Assembly: GCA_019038645.1 (NCBI GenBank)
Contig: JAHOYT010000053.1
Coordinates: forward strand, 913 to 64,912
Length of the DNA stretch: 64,000 nucleotides
Reading direction: 5' to 3'
Origin: Bacteroidales bacterium
GTDB lineage: Bacteria > Bacteroidota > Bacteroidia > Bacteroidales > UBA12077
How positions within the stretch are numbered: the stretch's first letter is position 1; every line of letters begins with the position of its first letter. Shown in pieces: positions 26,905 through 37,175 of the stretch. The translations under genes were made by a program, and so were the position numbers. The notes beneath the pieces are model-generated. The model was not told the DNA's origin. It did not search any database and saw nothing but the letters and a program-made list of their open reading frames with translations.

Positions 26905-27543
26905 TTAAAATAATCCGTGAATTTCGGCATCAATTTTATTGATTACGCTGCTCAAATCCTCCTTAACTTCTGTAAAGTTCAGATTATCAACATCAACAAT
27001 TAATAGTCTGCCTAAATTGTAGGATCCAATCCACGCCTCGTACCTTTCATTCAACCTTTTCAGGTAATCTAATCGAATTGAATTTTCATATTCTCTTCCC
27101 CGCTTTTGAATCTGGTGAACTAAAGTAGGAACTGTCGCTCTTAAATAAATCATAAGATCCGGTGGCTGAATTAAAGATGTCATTAAATTGAAAAGCGTAA
27201 AATAATTCTCAAAATCACGGGTTGACATTAAACCCATTGAATGAAGGTTTGGAGCAAAAATATATGCATCCTCATAAATTGTCCGGTCCTGAATAACTGT
27301 TTTTCCTGATTTTCTGATGTTCAGAATTTGATTTAATCTGCTGTTTAAAAAATATACCTGCAGATTAAACGACCAGCGTTGCATATCCTCATAAAAATCA
27401 TTCAGATATGGATTGTCATCAACATCCTCATAATGAGCATCCCAGTTATAATGCTTTGATAACAACCCCGCTAAGGTAGTTTTCCCTGATCCGATATTAC
27501 CGGCAATTGCAATATGCATTGCTCCATTTGTATCTTTTGTCAT
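26905..27543 (-). CDS. Deoxynucleoside kinase
   Basis: P-loop AIAGNIGSGKTTL with dNK-type spacing (YLNDFYEDMQRWSFNLQVYFLNSR ... QDRTIYED). Confidence 0.85.
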   Translation of the reverse strand: MTKDTNGAMHIAIAGNIGSGKTTLAGLLSKHYNWDAHYEDVDDNPYLNDFYEDMQRWSFNLQVYFLNSRLNQILNIRKSGKTVIQDRTIYEDAYIFAPNLHSMGLMSTRDFENYFTLFNLMTSLIQPPDLMIYLRATVPTLVHQIQKRGREYENSIRLDYLKRLNERYEAWIGSYNLGRLLIVDVDNLNFTEVKEDLSSVINKIDAEIHGLF

Positions 27544-27556
27544 ATGCTAATATACT

Positions 27557-27799
27557 TTATATTCCGTTCGGTTTACGATTAAATAATGTTGGCCTTTTTT
27601 CAAACAGCGAAGGATAATCTTCATCAAATTTTTTAAGTATTGATGAAATAATCATTTCCCTCATAAACTTCGACTTGTTGTTTATCTTATATTTTTTGCA
27701 ATAATGATCAATAGCCTGTATTTCTCTGTTATTGAATAATATCGATTTCCGGTGTACTCTTTTTAAGCTTTCATCCTTTAAAACTTTCCTCTTTTTCAC
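27557..27799 (-). CDS. Small basic protein, possibly ribbon-helix-helix-like (hypothetical)
   Basis: 80 aa. Its start overlaps the stop of the upstream gene (ATGA overlap), which suggests translational coupling. The family is not recognised. Confidence 0.4.
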   Translation of the reverse strand: MKKRKVLKDESLKRVHRKSILFNNREIQAIDHYCKKYKINNKSKFMREMIISSILKKFDEDYPSLFEKRPTLFNRKPNGI

Positions 27800-28611
27800 T
27801 CCAATTCTTTTAATTTATTTAAATTATATACAAGAATCTTCTTTTCTGTTTGTATAAACAATCTGTTTCCTTCTATTGCTGATCGAACTGGATTTTCCAC
27901 AGGCAATTTTATACTTTCTTCTGTATAATTTTTTGTATTATAATAATTCAGTTTACCTTCTGCGTAATAAATTATTATATTATCAACAACCTGAAATTCA
28001 ACACTGTTCGTAATTGGAAATGTTTTTATATAAACTCCGTAATTGTCAAATTGCAATATTCCTGTATTTTCAATTCCCACATAAATATAGTCATTTTTTT
28101 CCAGCATGAAAGCCTGTATAACTTCATTATTTTGATCATATATTTCGGGTATCACAGAGCTTTTCTGAACAATATTCAGGGATTTATTAAAATACAGCAA
28201 CTGACCCGAATTTTGATCAAGAACCCGGAATCCTCCGTTAACAGACTGACAAACGGATATTACATTGTAATATTCCGTATCATCCAAAATAACAGGGCTT
28301 GTAATTTCAGTCAGGTTCTTATCAAGAAATACAATTTTATTGAAGTCTTTATAAAAAACAAGAATCCTAAACGGATCAGAAGGATCAATAATGCTTATTT
28401 CGCCTAATGAAGAATTGCTGTAAACGTATTTTTTATTGTTATCAGTATTGATTTTTACTAACTGATAATTTTGCACAATATACAGATTTCCCAGTCCATC
28501 AGTTGAAATATAATCAGCTTTATAATTATATACTTTTTCAGGAATTATATCAGAAGGATTTATCCACAAAAAAAAAGATAATAAAACGGATATTAAAAAA
28601 GATAATATCAT
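27796..28611 (-). CDS. Hypothetical membrane-anchored/secreted protein
   Basis: N-terminal hydrophobic segment MILSFLISVLLSFFLWI and a long ORF in operon context with the GH3 gene. Confidence 0.45.
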   Translation of the reverse strand: MILSFLISVLLSFFLWINPSDIIPEKVYNYKADYISTDGLGNLYIVQNYQLVKINTDNNKKYVYSNSSLGEISIIDPSDPFRILVFYKDFNKIVFLDKNLTEITSPVILDDTEYYNVISVCQSVNGGFRVLDQNSGQLLYFNKSLNIVQKSSVIPEIYDQNNEVIQAFMLEKNDYIYVGIENTGILQFDNYGVYIKTFPITNSVEFQVVDNIIIYYAEGKLNYYNTKNYTEESIKLPVENPVRSAIEGNRLFIQTEKKILVYNLNKLKELE

Positions 28612-28618
28612 TTACTTA

Positions 28619-30136
28619 TTAAATTTGATCGTTAAGCTTCAAAAGCTCGTCAATGTATTGTCTGTTATTTGCCAAACGGGGCACTTTATTCTGACCTCCA
28701 ATTTTCCCTTTTCCTTTTAACCATTTATAAAATAAATTTTTCCCGGCAACAGTAATAACCGGCATCACAAGTGTAATATCCTTATAGCGCTTTGCTTCGT
28801 AATCCGAATTTGCTTTTTGCAATGTAATGTCAAGTATTTTTGTAAATTTTTCAATACTATCAGGATGTTTTTCAAACTCTATCAGCCACTGATGACTGCC
28901 TTTTTTATTTTCGCCCATAAAAACAGGTGCAGCTGTATAGTCTTTAATCATTGCTCCGGTTTGTAAACTTGCCTCTTTAAGTGCTCTTTCAGCATTATCA
29001 ATAATTACTTCCTCTCCAAAAGCATTTATAAAATGTTTTGTACGACCGCTGATTTTTATTTTATGCGGATATAATGATGTAAAAGTAACCGTATCACCAA
29101 TTTGGTAACGCCATAAACCAGAGTTTGTCGAAATAACTATGGCATAATTTGTATTACGCTGTACATCATCAATATGCAGCGCTTTAGGAAATTCTTTACC
29201 TACTTCCTCAATTGGAATAAATTCATAAAAAATACCATAATCGAGCATTAAAAGCATATCATCCTGAGATGGATAATCCTGTATTGCAAAAAAACCTTCT
29301 GAGGCAGTGTATGTTTCCAGGTAGTTCATTTTATCCGAAGGAATCAACTTTTTATAATGTTCCCTGTATGGTTCAAAACTTACACCTCCATGTGTAAAAA
29401 GTTCCAGATTAGGCCATATTTCAAGCAGATTAGTTTTTCCGGTCTTATCAAGTATATATTTAATTAACACCATCATCCACGAGGGAACTCCGGCAATATT
29501 CGTCACATTTTCATTAATAGTGGCATCGGCTAGTTTTTCAAGTTTTTCCTCCCATTCGCTCATCAAAGCAATTTCCTGACTGGGGGTTCTTATAAAATAA
29601 GTCCAGAACGGAAGATTTTCTATAAGAATGGCAGATAAATCACCGTAAAAAGATTCATTGTTAATCCGGTTTATCTGATGACTGCCTCCTAATGTTAGAC
29701 CTTTCCCTTTAAAAAGTCCTGTTTCCGGATAGTTGCTTGCATAAAGGGCAAGAATATCTTTCCCTCCCCGAAAATGAGCATCTTCAAGTGTTTCTTTTGA
29801 CACAGGAATAAATTTGCTTTTATCATTTGTTGTACCCGAAGATTTGGCAAACCACTTAATGTCAGCCGGCCATAATACGTTTTGTTCCCCTTTTAACAAA
29901 CGATCAATATATGGTTTCATATCCTCGTATGTTTGCACAGGAACTCTTTCCTGAAATTTTTCTATGCTGTCGATTGATTTAAAATCGTACTTTTCACCAA
30001 ACTCTGTGCGCTTTGCCTGATCAATTAGATTGAAAAGAACCTCTCTCTGTACATCAAATGGAAATTTTTTAAATAAATCGATCTGATACAATCGTTTAAA
30101 ATTAAGCCAGGTTACTATTGAGTTAATAATTTGCAT
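28619..30136 (-). CDS. GH3 (auxin-responsive promoter) family adenylating enzyme homologue
   Basis: 505 aa. FAKSSGTT..KSKFIPVS and YQIGD match the bacterial GH3 family as I remember it. Confidence 0.75.
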   Translation of the reverse strand: MQIINSIVTWLNFKRLYQIDLFKKFPFDVQREVLFNLIDQAKRTEFGEKYDFKSIDSIEKFQERVPVQTYEDMKPYIDRLLKGEQNVLWPADIKWFAKSSGTTNDKSKFIPVSKETLEDAHFRGGKDILALYASNYPETGLFKGKGLTLGGSHQINRINNESFYGDLSAILIENLPFWTYFIRTPSQEIALMSEWEEKLEKLADATINENVTNIAGVPSWMMVLIKYILDKTGKTNLLEIWPNLELFTHGGVSFEPYREHYKKLIPSDKMNYLETYTASEGFFAIQDYPSQDDMLLMLDYGIFYEFIPIEEVGKEFPKALHIDDVQRNTNYAIVISTNSGLWRYQIGDTVTFTSLYPHKIKISGRTKHFINAFGEEVIIDNAERALKEASLQTGAMIKDYTAAPVFMGENKKGSHQWLIEFEKHPDSIEKFTKILDITLQKANSDYEAKRYKDITLVMPVITVAGKNLFYKWLKGKGKIGGQNKVPRLANNRQYIDELLKLNDQI

Positions 30137-30227
30137 CAGGTCGTAAGATTATTAGTAAAAACAAAACCAAATATAATTAATATTTGGCTTTATTATAAAA
30201 GAATAATATGTGTTTTACTAAAAAAAT

Positions 30228-31376
30228 TTAATTCTTCTTAATATTATTTAAACGTAATGCAGCCTCTTTAATCACTTTTTCCTCTCTTGCAAAACTAAAT
30301 CCGAGAATCTTATTGTCTACAGAATCATGATAAAACACTGATAACGGGAATAATGCAACACCGTACTCATCCATAATCCGGCGGGCAAATTCTGTGTCTT
30401 TTTCATCACTTAAATTGCTGTAATCTAAAAGTTGATAAAAAGTTCCTTTTGAAGGCACAATTTCAAATCCTGAATCTTTTAACAAATCGATTGTAAAATC
30501 TCTTTTTGCCTGAAACTGCTTTTTAATATTACTGAAATCTACTCCTTGTTTTAAAAAATCAGCAAGTGCATATTGCAAAGGAGTGTTTACTGTATTTATC
30601 TGAAAGAGATGCTTTTTACGCATCTGAGCCATTAACTTTTCGCTTCCTATATAATATCCGATTTTCCAACCGGGAACATTAAATGTAACACCAAATGATG
30701 AAATTACCACGCTTCTTTCGGCCAGTTGCTCATCAGATAAAATACTGTGATGTTTTTTCCTGTCGAAAACGATATGCTCAAAAACTTCGTCGCTGATAAC
30801 ATTTATATTTGTTCCATTGGTAATTTTCTTTAGCTGAGCAATATCCTCTTCCGTAAAAACAGCGCCAGTCGGGTTGTGAGGTGTATTTACAATTATCAGT
30901 CTGGTTCTGGTATTAATCAACTTTTGTACTGCTTCCCAGTCGATATGATAATCAGGTTGTTTGCGCTGGACAAATACAGGTCGCCCGCCGTTACTAACTA
31001 TTGCAGGTTCGTAGCTGTTAAATGCCGGTTCAAATAAAACCACCTCATCACCTTCATTCACAAAACTGCTTATAGCAGTATACATAGCCTGTGTAGCTCC
31101 TGCCGACACAGTAATTTCGCTCCGGGCGCTAAAACTAACACCGTATTTTTTCTTTATTGTTTCGGCAATTGCCTCTCTAAGCTCCAATAATCCATTAGGA
31201 TGAGCATACTCTGCAGATTTTTCTCTGATATATTTTGCAGCCAGCTCAGTAAGCCCGTCAGAGCAAGGTATTTCAGGTGACACTTTTGCCAGGTTAATAA
31301 TATCAGTATCCTGAACTAACTCAGAAATAACAGTATAAATATCTTTCCCTATACTCGACAACTTCTCTTTAATCAT
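30228..31376 (-). CDS. Class-I (YbdL/methionine-aminotransferase-like) aminotransferase homologue lacking the catalytic lysine
   Basis: NTPHNPTG and SDEVFEH are present. SSFGVTFNVPGWKIGY occupies the position where the family pattern is S-F-[GS]-K-T-F...G-W-[KR]-x-G. Confidence 0.8.
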   Translation of the reverse strand: MIKEKLSSIGKDIYTVISELVQDTDIINLAKVSPEIPCSDGLTELAAKYIREKSAEYAHPNGLLELREAIAETIKKKYGVSFSARSEITVSAGATQAMYTAISSFVNEGDEVVLFEPAFNSYEPAIVSNGGRPVFVQRKQPDYHIDWEAVQKLINTRTRLIIVNTPHNPTGAVFTEEDIAQLKKITNGTNINVISDEVFEHIVFDRKKHHSILSDEQLAERSVVISSFGVTFNVPGWKIGYYIGSEKLMAQMRKKHLFQINTVNTPLQYALADFLKQGVDFSNIKKQFQAKRDFTIDLLKDSGFEIVPSKGTFYQLLDYSNLSDEKDTEFARRIMDEYGVALFPLSVFYHDSVDNKILGFSFAREEKVIKEAALRLNNIKKN

Positions 31377-31515
31377 ATTAAGATATTGTTTCTAAAAATC
31401 GGAACGCAAATGTATAAAAAAAATTTTACTAAAAAAGCTCTGTCAGTCAGACACTCTCCGTTTTCAATTAATCATAGTCTGGCTTCAATAACCATACCAA
31501 TCATTTAAACCACAT

Positions 31516-32256
31516 TTATCCGGATTCCGATGAATGAAAAACTTCCCGTAAGACACTTAAAGATTTAATGTCTGATACACCTTCGCTGTGCAAACTATAA
31601 TATTCAAGAATTTTTTCAAGCAACTCTATTCTGTTAGAATAGTTTATTGTTAAGCTTTCGTGCTGATTCTCTGAAAAATCCAATAAGCAACTGAATAACA
31701 AGCTCAGGTCTTTTGCCAGACAAAATGTATGAACCGGCTTTATCTGCTTGAATGTTCCAGCTTTTAAATCGAAATAACAATTTTGTTCAGAATAATTATT
31801 GTTTGGGAAAAATCCCAGATATTTAGATAAGTGAAGTAAAAAATAGATATGAAACACAGACAAACCCTCTTCTTTAAGATCAAGCATCTGAACTGAATTG
31901 TACAGATATTCAAATAATTCCTTATTCGGTTCCTGCTCCTGAATAGTTCTGTATAAAATTTCAGCAATAAAAATTGCCAGGGTGCTTTTTCTTAAATCAA
32001 ACGGTAATGAAAAGAAAATATAAGCATTCTGGATTTCTTTAACTCTCTGTATATCATTTTTTGGTTTATGATAAACTTCCATGTCAAGCAAAAACAATGG
32101 TTGAAGAATATTTGCCTTTATTTTTGCCTTCTTGCTCCTTACCCCGTTAATTATATAGGACTGTCTTCCGTAACTTTCAGTGTAAATTGTAACAATTACA
32201 CTTGTTTCAGAGTATTTTATATAATGCAGGACAATTCCTCTTGTTTTGTGTATCAT
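31516..32256 (-). CDS. recO: DNA repair protein RecO
   Basis: The N-terminal OB-fold signature TRGIVLHYIKYSETSVIVTIYTESYGRQSY and the 246-aa length are typical of RecO. Confidence 0.8.
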   Translation of the reverse strand: MIHKTRGIVLHYIKYSETSVIVTIYTESYGRQSYIINGVRSKKAKIKANILQPLFLLDMEVYHKPKNDIQRVKEIQNAYIFFSLPFDLRKSTLAIFIAEILYRTIQEQEPNKELFEYLYNSVQMLDLKEEGLSVFHIYFLLHLSKYLGFFPNNNYSEQNCYFDLKAGTFKQIKPVHTFCLAKDLSLLFSCLLDFSENQHESLTINYSNRIELLEKILEYYSLHSEGVSDIKSLSVLREVFHSSESG

Positions 32257-32479
32257 AAAAATTATTAATTCAGCTCATACAAAAATATTTAATCTATATT
32301 ATTCAGAAAATATTTATTAAAATAATTCCGCTAAAAACCTTGTCTTTTAACTGATAATCAATTTAAAATCAAATTTAATCAAATAAACCTGACATCGCTT
32401 TTTAAAAATGGTATATTATTTGCACTTTGCTAGAAACTAGTCTATTTTATGTATCTTTCGAAATTAAATTACAAGTTGT

Positions 32480-33550
32480 ATGAAAATAGAAATCTTTAGT
32501 AAAAATCTTAAACAAGTTTTCATTTTAATCCTGTGCTTAGCTTCTTTTAACATTGTAATGTCTCAAAATGAACCCGCCTGGATGAAGCATTCATGGAGAA
32601 CAGAACAATATCCTTCAAATGTATTTATTACAGGTTTTGCTCAGGATGAAAAAAACAGTAATGAGTCTTTGGCAGAAGCAACTGAACGATTAAAGGATCT
32701 GGCCCGCACAAATTTGTCGGAAAGTATTTTAGCTTCAGTTCAAAGTGTAAGCGAAAACTATATTCAAAGCATAACAGAGGGAGGCTCAGAAACTTTTAAG
32801 GAAAACTTTCAGTATAATACCAAAATATCAACAGATCTTGAAATAAATGGAATACAGGTAGATAGTTACGCAAAAAACAATGTCGTATCAGGATTTGCAT
32901 ATGCAAACAAATACGAAATTATTGGATTTTATAAAGCAAACCTGAACATGCAGGTACAACAAATTGAGGGCTTTGTAAATACAGCTCTTGAATTGGAAAA
33001 AAACAATGAAAAAAATAAGGCTAAAGATGAGTTTAATAAGGCAGTGCCGGTATTCAAAGAAATAGCAAAGTCGCAGGGAATATTGAGTGCTGTCGATAAG
33101 AATATAACTGAAGATGATTTGAAAATGCAAATAACAATGAATCTTTATAACGAGGTTGTTCAGGCAAATGCCCGTTTAGCACAAGGTGTAATAGTTTTTA
33201 TTGTAACAGATGAAAAACTTTTTAATAATTCTACAACAGCTATTGAAAATAACTTAAAAGCTATTTTAGCCGAGAATGGATGTAGATTCACAAAAGACGA
33301 GATCGAAGCTGACTGGAAAGTTAAGATAAATGCAACGTCAAGGGAATATAATTTCTCAAATAATGTGTATTTTAGCTATGTGGATGCAGAGGTAAAACTT
33401 TTTAAAGCTCCGTCAGATAAGCATGTGTATCAAAATGAGTTTTCTCATAAGGGTGCACATAGTAAATCGTATAATGATGCTGCAGGAAAAGCTTATAATG
33501 AGATAAGTAAACCTATATCAGATAAAATATTAAACTGGATAAATAATTAA
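32480..33550 (+). CDS. Hypothetical secreted protein
   Basis: Signal peptide (LCLASFNIVMSQ) and a long ORF. The family is not recognised. Confidence 0.45.
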   Translation: MKIEIFSKNLKQVFILILCLASFNIVMSQNEPAWMKHSWRTEQYPSNVFITGFAQDEKNSNESLAEATERLKDLARTNLSESILASVQSVSENYIQSITEGGSETFKENFQYNTKISTDLEINGIQVDSYAKNNVVSGFAYANKYEIIGFYKANLNMQVQQIEGFVNTALELEKNNEKNKAKDEFNKAVPVFKEIAKSQGILSAVDKNITEDDLKMQITMNLYNEVVQANARLAQGVIVFIVTDEKLFNNSTTAIENNLKAILAENGCRFTKDEIEADWKVKINATSREYNFSNNVYFSYVDAEVKLFKAPSDKHVYQNEFSHKGAHSKSYNDAAGKAYNEISKPISDKILNWINN

Positions 33551-33561
33551 ATAATATTATC

Positions 33562-34779
33562 ATGAATAAAATAAACCTATTAATCATTATTCTTGTTTTT
33601 ACCTTAATTGGCAATGTAAATGGCCAGGAAGATAAAAAAGTAGCGGTATTTGATCCTGTTGGAGAAGTCTCTGACAACCTGAAAATAATTATCCGTGAAG
33701 AGCTTAGTAATGCTGTTGTAAATACCTTAGGATTTACGGTCTTAGAGCGTGAATTGATTAATAAGGTAATTGCTGAAAACAAATTCCAAATGACAGGTCA
33801 TGTAGATGATGGACAGATTGGGGAACTTGGTAAGAAAATGGGGGCTAATTATGTGTGTTACGCATCAATTTCATCGGTTGGAGGTAACTATTATATATCC
33901 TGTAAAATGGTAGATGTTATGACTGCTAAAATTGAAAGACAAAATACTGGAATTACGCAATCAGGATTAGATGATTTGTTTTCTGTTGTTTCAACCGTTT
34001 CAAGGGCAATGTTGCAGCAACAGGGAGCGTCTGTTAAGAATCGAACTTCTTCTGGTTTAAGTCAACCAAAATATGTTATTGATGATTCAGATTCTAAGGA
34101 TTTAATTGAATTAAATATGATGGGATTGAGCTTATTGGTTATGCCAATTGATGCTACTCCAACAAAAACAACATGGATGGAGGTTAATAATGCCTGTTTG
34201 GAAAGTAATGCTTACGGACTAACCGAGTGGAGATTGCCTACAAAACTTGAGATTTCAAGAATGTATGCTCAAAAATCGATGTTGCGAAATATGCAAAATT
34301 ATTGGTATTGGTCTGCCACGCCGTATAAAGGTGATGAATATTTCCGTCAGGCATTCGATGCTGATAAACTGGATCCGGCAGCAGGCAAGGCAAGATCCTT
34401 TGCAAGATGTGTTCACAGCAACGGAGTAATCAATCTGGTTGATGCGGATGGCGTTTGGGAGTTTAATATATATGGCTCTGATTACATGGTAATGCCTGAT
34501 GATTTGGCAGGTGAATACAAGTGGGAAGAAGCCCGTAATGCATGCGAAAGTTCTTCTGCATATGGATATAATGACTGGAAATTGCCCGCAATTGACAATC
34601 TTGAATTTATGTATAATAATAAAATTGCTCTTAACATGAGTGGAGAATGGTACTGGTCCTCAACACCAAAAAAACAGGGAAGCACAAGTGCAATGTTTGA
34701 AAAAAACTTCATGAATGGGCAAACTTATGATACAGGAAGTAATGCCAGACGACAAGTTCGTTGTATAAGGAATAAGTAG
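33562..34779 (+). CDS. Secreted protein: CsgG/LpoB-like N-terminal domain + two DUF1566-like C-terminal modules
   Basis: KKVAVFDP ... FTVLERELINKVIAENKFQMTG ... ANYVCYASIS resembles the N-terminal family. Two copies of (W-[RK]-LP ... L..MY ... YWSxTP ... RCV/RCI) are typical of DUF1566. Confidence 0.6.
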   Translation: MNKINLLIIILVFTLIGNVNGQEDKKVAVFDPVGEVSDNLKIIIREELSNAVVNTLGFTVLERELINKVIAENKFQMTGHVDDGQIGELGKKMGANYVCYASISSVGGNYYISCKMVDVMTAKIERQNTGITQSGLDDLFSVVSTVSRAMLQQQGASVKNRTSSGLSQPKYVIDDSDSKDLIELNMMGLSLLVMPIDATPTKTTWMEVNNACLESNAYGLTEWRLPTKLEISRMYAQKSMLRNMQNYWYWSATPYKGDEYFRQAFDADKLDPAAGKARSFARCVHSNGVINLVDADGVWEFNIYGSDYMVMPDDLAGEYKWEEARNACESSSAYGYNDWKLPAIDNLEFMYNNKIALNMSGEWYWSSTPKKQGSTSAMFEKNFMNGQTYDTGSNARRQVRCIRNK

Positions 34780-34806
34780 TTTAAAAAGAAATTAAATCTT
34801 CATAAT

Positions 34807-34830
34807 AAAGCCGCTTCAAATGCGGCTTTT
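34807..34830. terminator. Bidirectional terminator between convergent genes
   Basis: AAAGCCGC-ttcaaat-GCGGCTTT with flanking A and T runs. Confidence 0.65.
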
Positions 34831-34831
34831 G

Positions 34832-37123
34832 TTATTTTATAAAAAGGAGTTTTGTAATATAGGTTTTTGATCCATCATCGTTAGTGCAAAAAACAAGATA
34901 AACACCCGTACTCACTCTGCTTCCTGAAAAATTTTGCCCATTCCAGGTTGCCTGACCACCCTCAGCATTTGTTTCATAAACAATATTGCCGCTTATGTCA
35001 GTAATCTTAACATTTACATCAGAAGCCAGTCCTCTAATAGTAATATCTCCATCATAATTTTCACGAACAGGGTTGGGGTAAACATAGACATCCCCGAAAT
35101 CGTCGCTACCCATTGTAGCCGATCCCCGACATGAAATTAATCCCTTGTCTGTTGCAAAAAACACTTCTCCCGTTTCGTGATTAATTGCAATATTATTAAT
35201 CCGATCTGACAACAAAGGGCTGTTATCAGCAGTAAAATGATTAATTTCTTCCGTTCCATCTTTTGAAACCAGATAGACCCCGGAGCTATGTGTTCCTATC
35301 CATTTACGATTTGCCCCGTCAACAGCAATTGATGATATTAATTCTGTATTTAAAAGATACTGTGTAAGCTCACCAACAGTTAAGATTATCCTTCGTGCAT
35401 AAAAACCATCCTCAAAAACAGTTTCCGGCTGATAATAGATAACAATGCCTTGATCGGTTCCAACCCAAATATCTCCGTTAAGGTCTTCCGCAATTGAATA
35501 CACACTGTTCGAAATGATTTTCCCGTTTTCATCCAGAATACTCAGTTTTTTAAACAAATCGTCGTTTTTATCGCTAATTGTTCCCTGATTATCAAACACA
35601 AACAGGCCGTTACCTCCCGGCAAAATAATCCATTTCTGATTATTTTTCGTAATTATTATATCACCTGTAAGAATATTACTAATTTTTTCTTCGTAATTAT
35701 AACTATGCCAATCTCCAGTACTCATGAAAACAGAAACAGGATCGGCAACTTCAGAATTAGCGATCCAAAGATTATTTTCATTATCATAAGCTAATCCGGA
35801 TATCCGACAAAAATCATCGCCCGAAATCATTGATTGTAATGTACTGCGACCATCAGTTTCATTATACGTTTCCACAACTTCATTATTTCTATATTCAATC
35901 AATCCTTTTCCCCAACTACCTGCAAAATAATGATCTGTATTGAAGGGATCTATTTCCACAGTTATATAATCATTAACCTCATAATTTACTAATGAAGTCC
36001 ATCGTTCGTTTTGAAATGAGAAAACAATACCATTTAGAAAAACATTACCATAAGCAGGAGTCAATCCACCGGCTGCCACTAACAAACGTTCATTCTTAAT
36101 ATCCATAGAGAACGCATTAGCCAAATATGGAGCATTAGGAAGTATAGTTTCTTCGTTTCCGTTCTGATACTTTATTAATCCTCTGCCGTTATCGGCAATA
36201 AAGAATGTATTGCTCTCGTCTGAAATTGCATCGAAGGGATGAAAATTCGTTATCTCTGTATTAGTTACCGAATTTATCAGTGATAAATCGGAGTTATACA
36301 CTAAAACACTTATATCTGTGACAATATGCAATCGCGAATTTGCGAAATGAATGTTATTTACCGAAGTATAATTGTTGTCAAAGCTATTCCAGAAACCATC
36401 TTTATATAAATAAATGTTGTCATTTGAAGATTCATTTACCTGATTTACTAATATATCCCCGTTATTGACATAAATGGAATTAAACTCAGAGGTATACGAT
36501 GGGATATCTGTTAAAATCTGCCAGTTCGAATAATCAACCAGATTAGGATTGGTAAGATCGGCCTTGTAAACACCCTGATTTGTTGCAGCGTATAAAAAAT
36601 CACTACTTAAAACCAGCTGATTAACCTGAATCTGACTTCCCAAATCGCCAATATAATATGTCTCTTTTATTTCTCTTTTTTCGGTATTAACTACAACTAT
36701 TCCAAAACCACAAGATATATAAGCATATTCATTAATAAATAATATGTGATTAACAGATTTGCTTCCACTAATTATTTCTCTTTTGATATCAGATATATTA
36801 TATACTTCATTATCAAATATCAAATCAATATTTCCGTTTGAATATCCTGCTATCAACAGCTTGTTTTCTTCAGAATACACAATTGCCGAAATGCCAATAT
36901 CAGACAGCAAATTAACTTTTGTGTATTTTTCAATATTCTGATTTGATTTACTGTAAGAAAATATTCCGTTTTCAGAAGCTACATAAATTTTTGCCGCGGA
37001 TTCTGTAATGTGTCTTGAATATGTAAAAGGTAAATGATCACGCCATTCGCCCACTCCAATTTGTGCTTCAGAAACACAAGTGAAAAGCACAAAAAATATC
37101 TGTATTAAAAAAAGTTTTCTCAT
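34832..37123 (-). CDS. PorZ-like double beta-propeller protein with T9SS type-A C-terminal domain
   Basis: Signal peptide, two-component-regulator-propeller-type repeats throughout, and a C-terminal CTD (VYVYPNPV ... TGVYLVFC ... KLLFIK). The 763-aa length is similar to PorZ. Confidence 0.65.
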   Translation of the reverse strand: MRKLFLIQIFFVLFTCVSEAQIGVGEWRDHLPFTYSRHITESAAKIYVASENGIFSYSKSNQNIEKYTKVNLLSDIGISAIVYSEENKLLIAGYSNGNIDLIFDNEVYNISDIKREIISGSKSVNHILFINEYAYISCGFGIVVVNTEKREIKETYYIGDLGSQIQVNQLVLSSDFLYAATNQGVYKADLTNPNLVDYSNWQILTDIPSYTSEFNSIYVNNGDILVNQVNESSNDNIYLYKDGFWNSFDNNYTSVNNIHFANSRLHIVTDISVLVYNSDLSLINSVTNTEITNFHPFDAISDESNTFFIADNGRGLIKYQNGNEETILPNAPYLANAFSMDIKNERLLVAAGGLTPAYGNVFLNGIVFSFQNERWTSLVNYEVNDYITVEIDPFNTDHYFAGSWGKGLIEYRNNEVVETYNETDGRSTLQSMISGDDFCRISGLAYDNENNLWIANSEVADPVSVFMSTGDWHSYNYEEKISNILTGDIIITKNNQKWIILPGGNGLFVFDNQGTISDKNDDLFKKLSILDENGKIISNSVYSIAEDLNGDIWVGTDQGIVIYYQPETVFEDGFYARRIILTVGELTQYLLNTELISSIAVDGANRKWIGTHSSGVYLVSKDGTEEINHFTADNSPLLSDRINNIAINHETGEVFFATDKGLISCRGSATMGSDDFGDVYVYPNPVRENYDGDITIRGLASDVNVKITDISGNIVYETNAEGGQATWNGQNFSGSRVSTGVYLVFCTNDDGSKTYITKLLFIK

Positions 37124-37175
37124 CAGTAAATTTGCATTAATAACCCGCTTTTTTGTCAGAAATTGCTTACACTAC

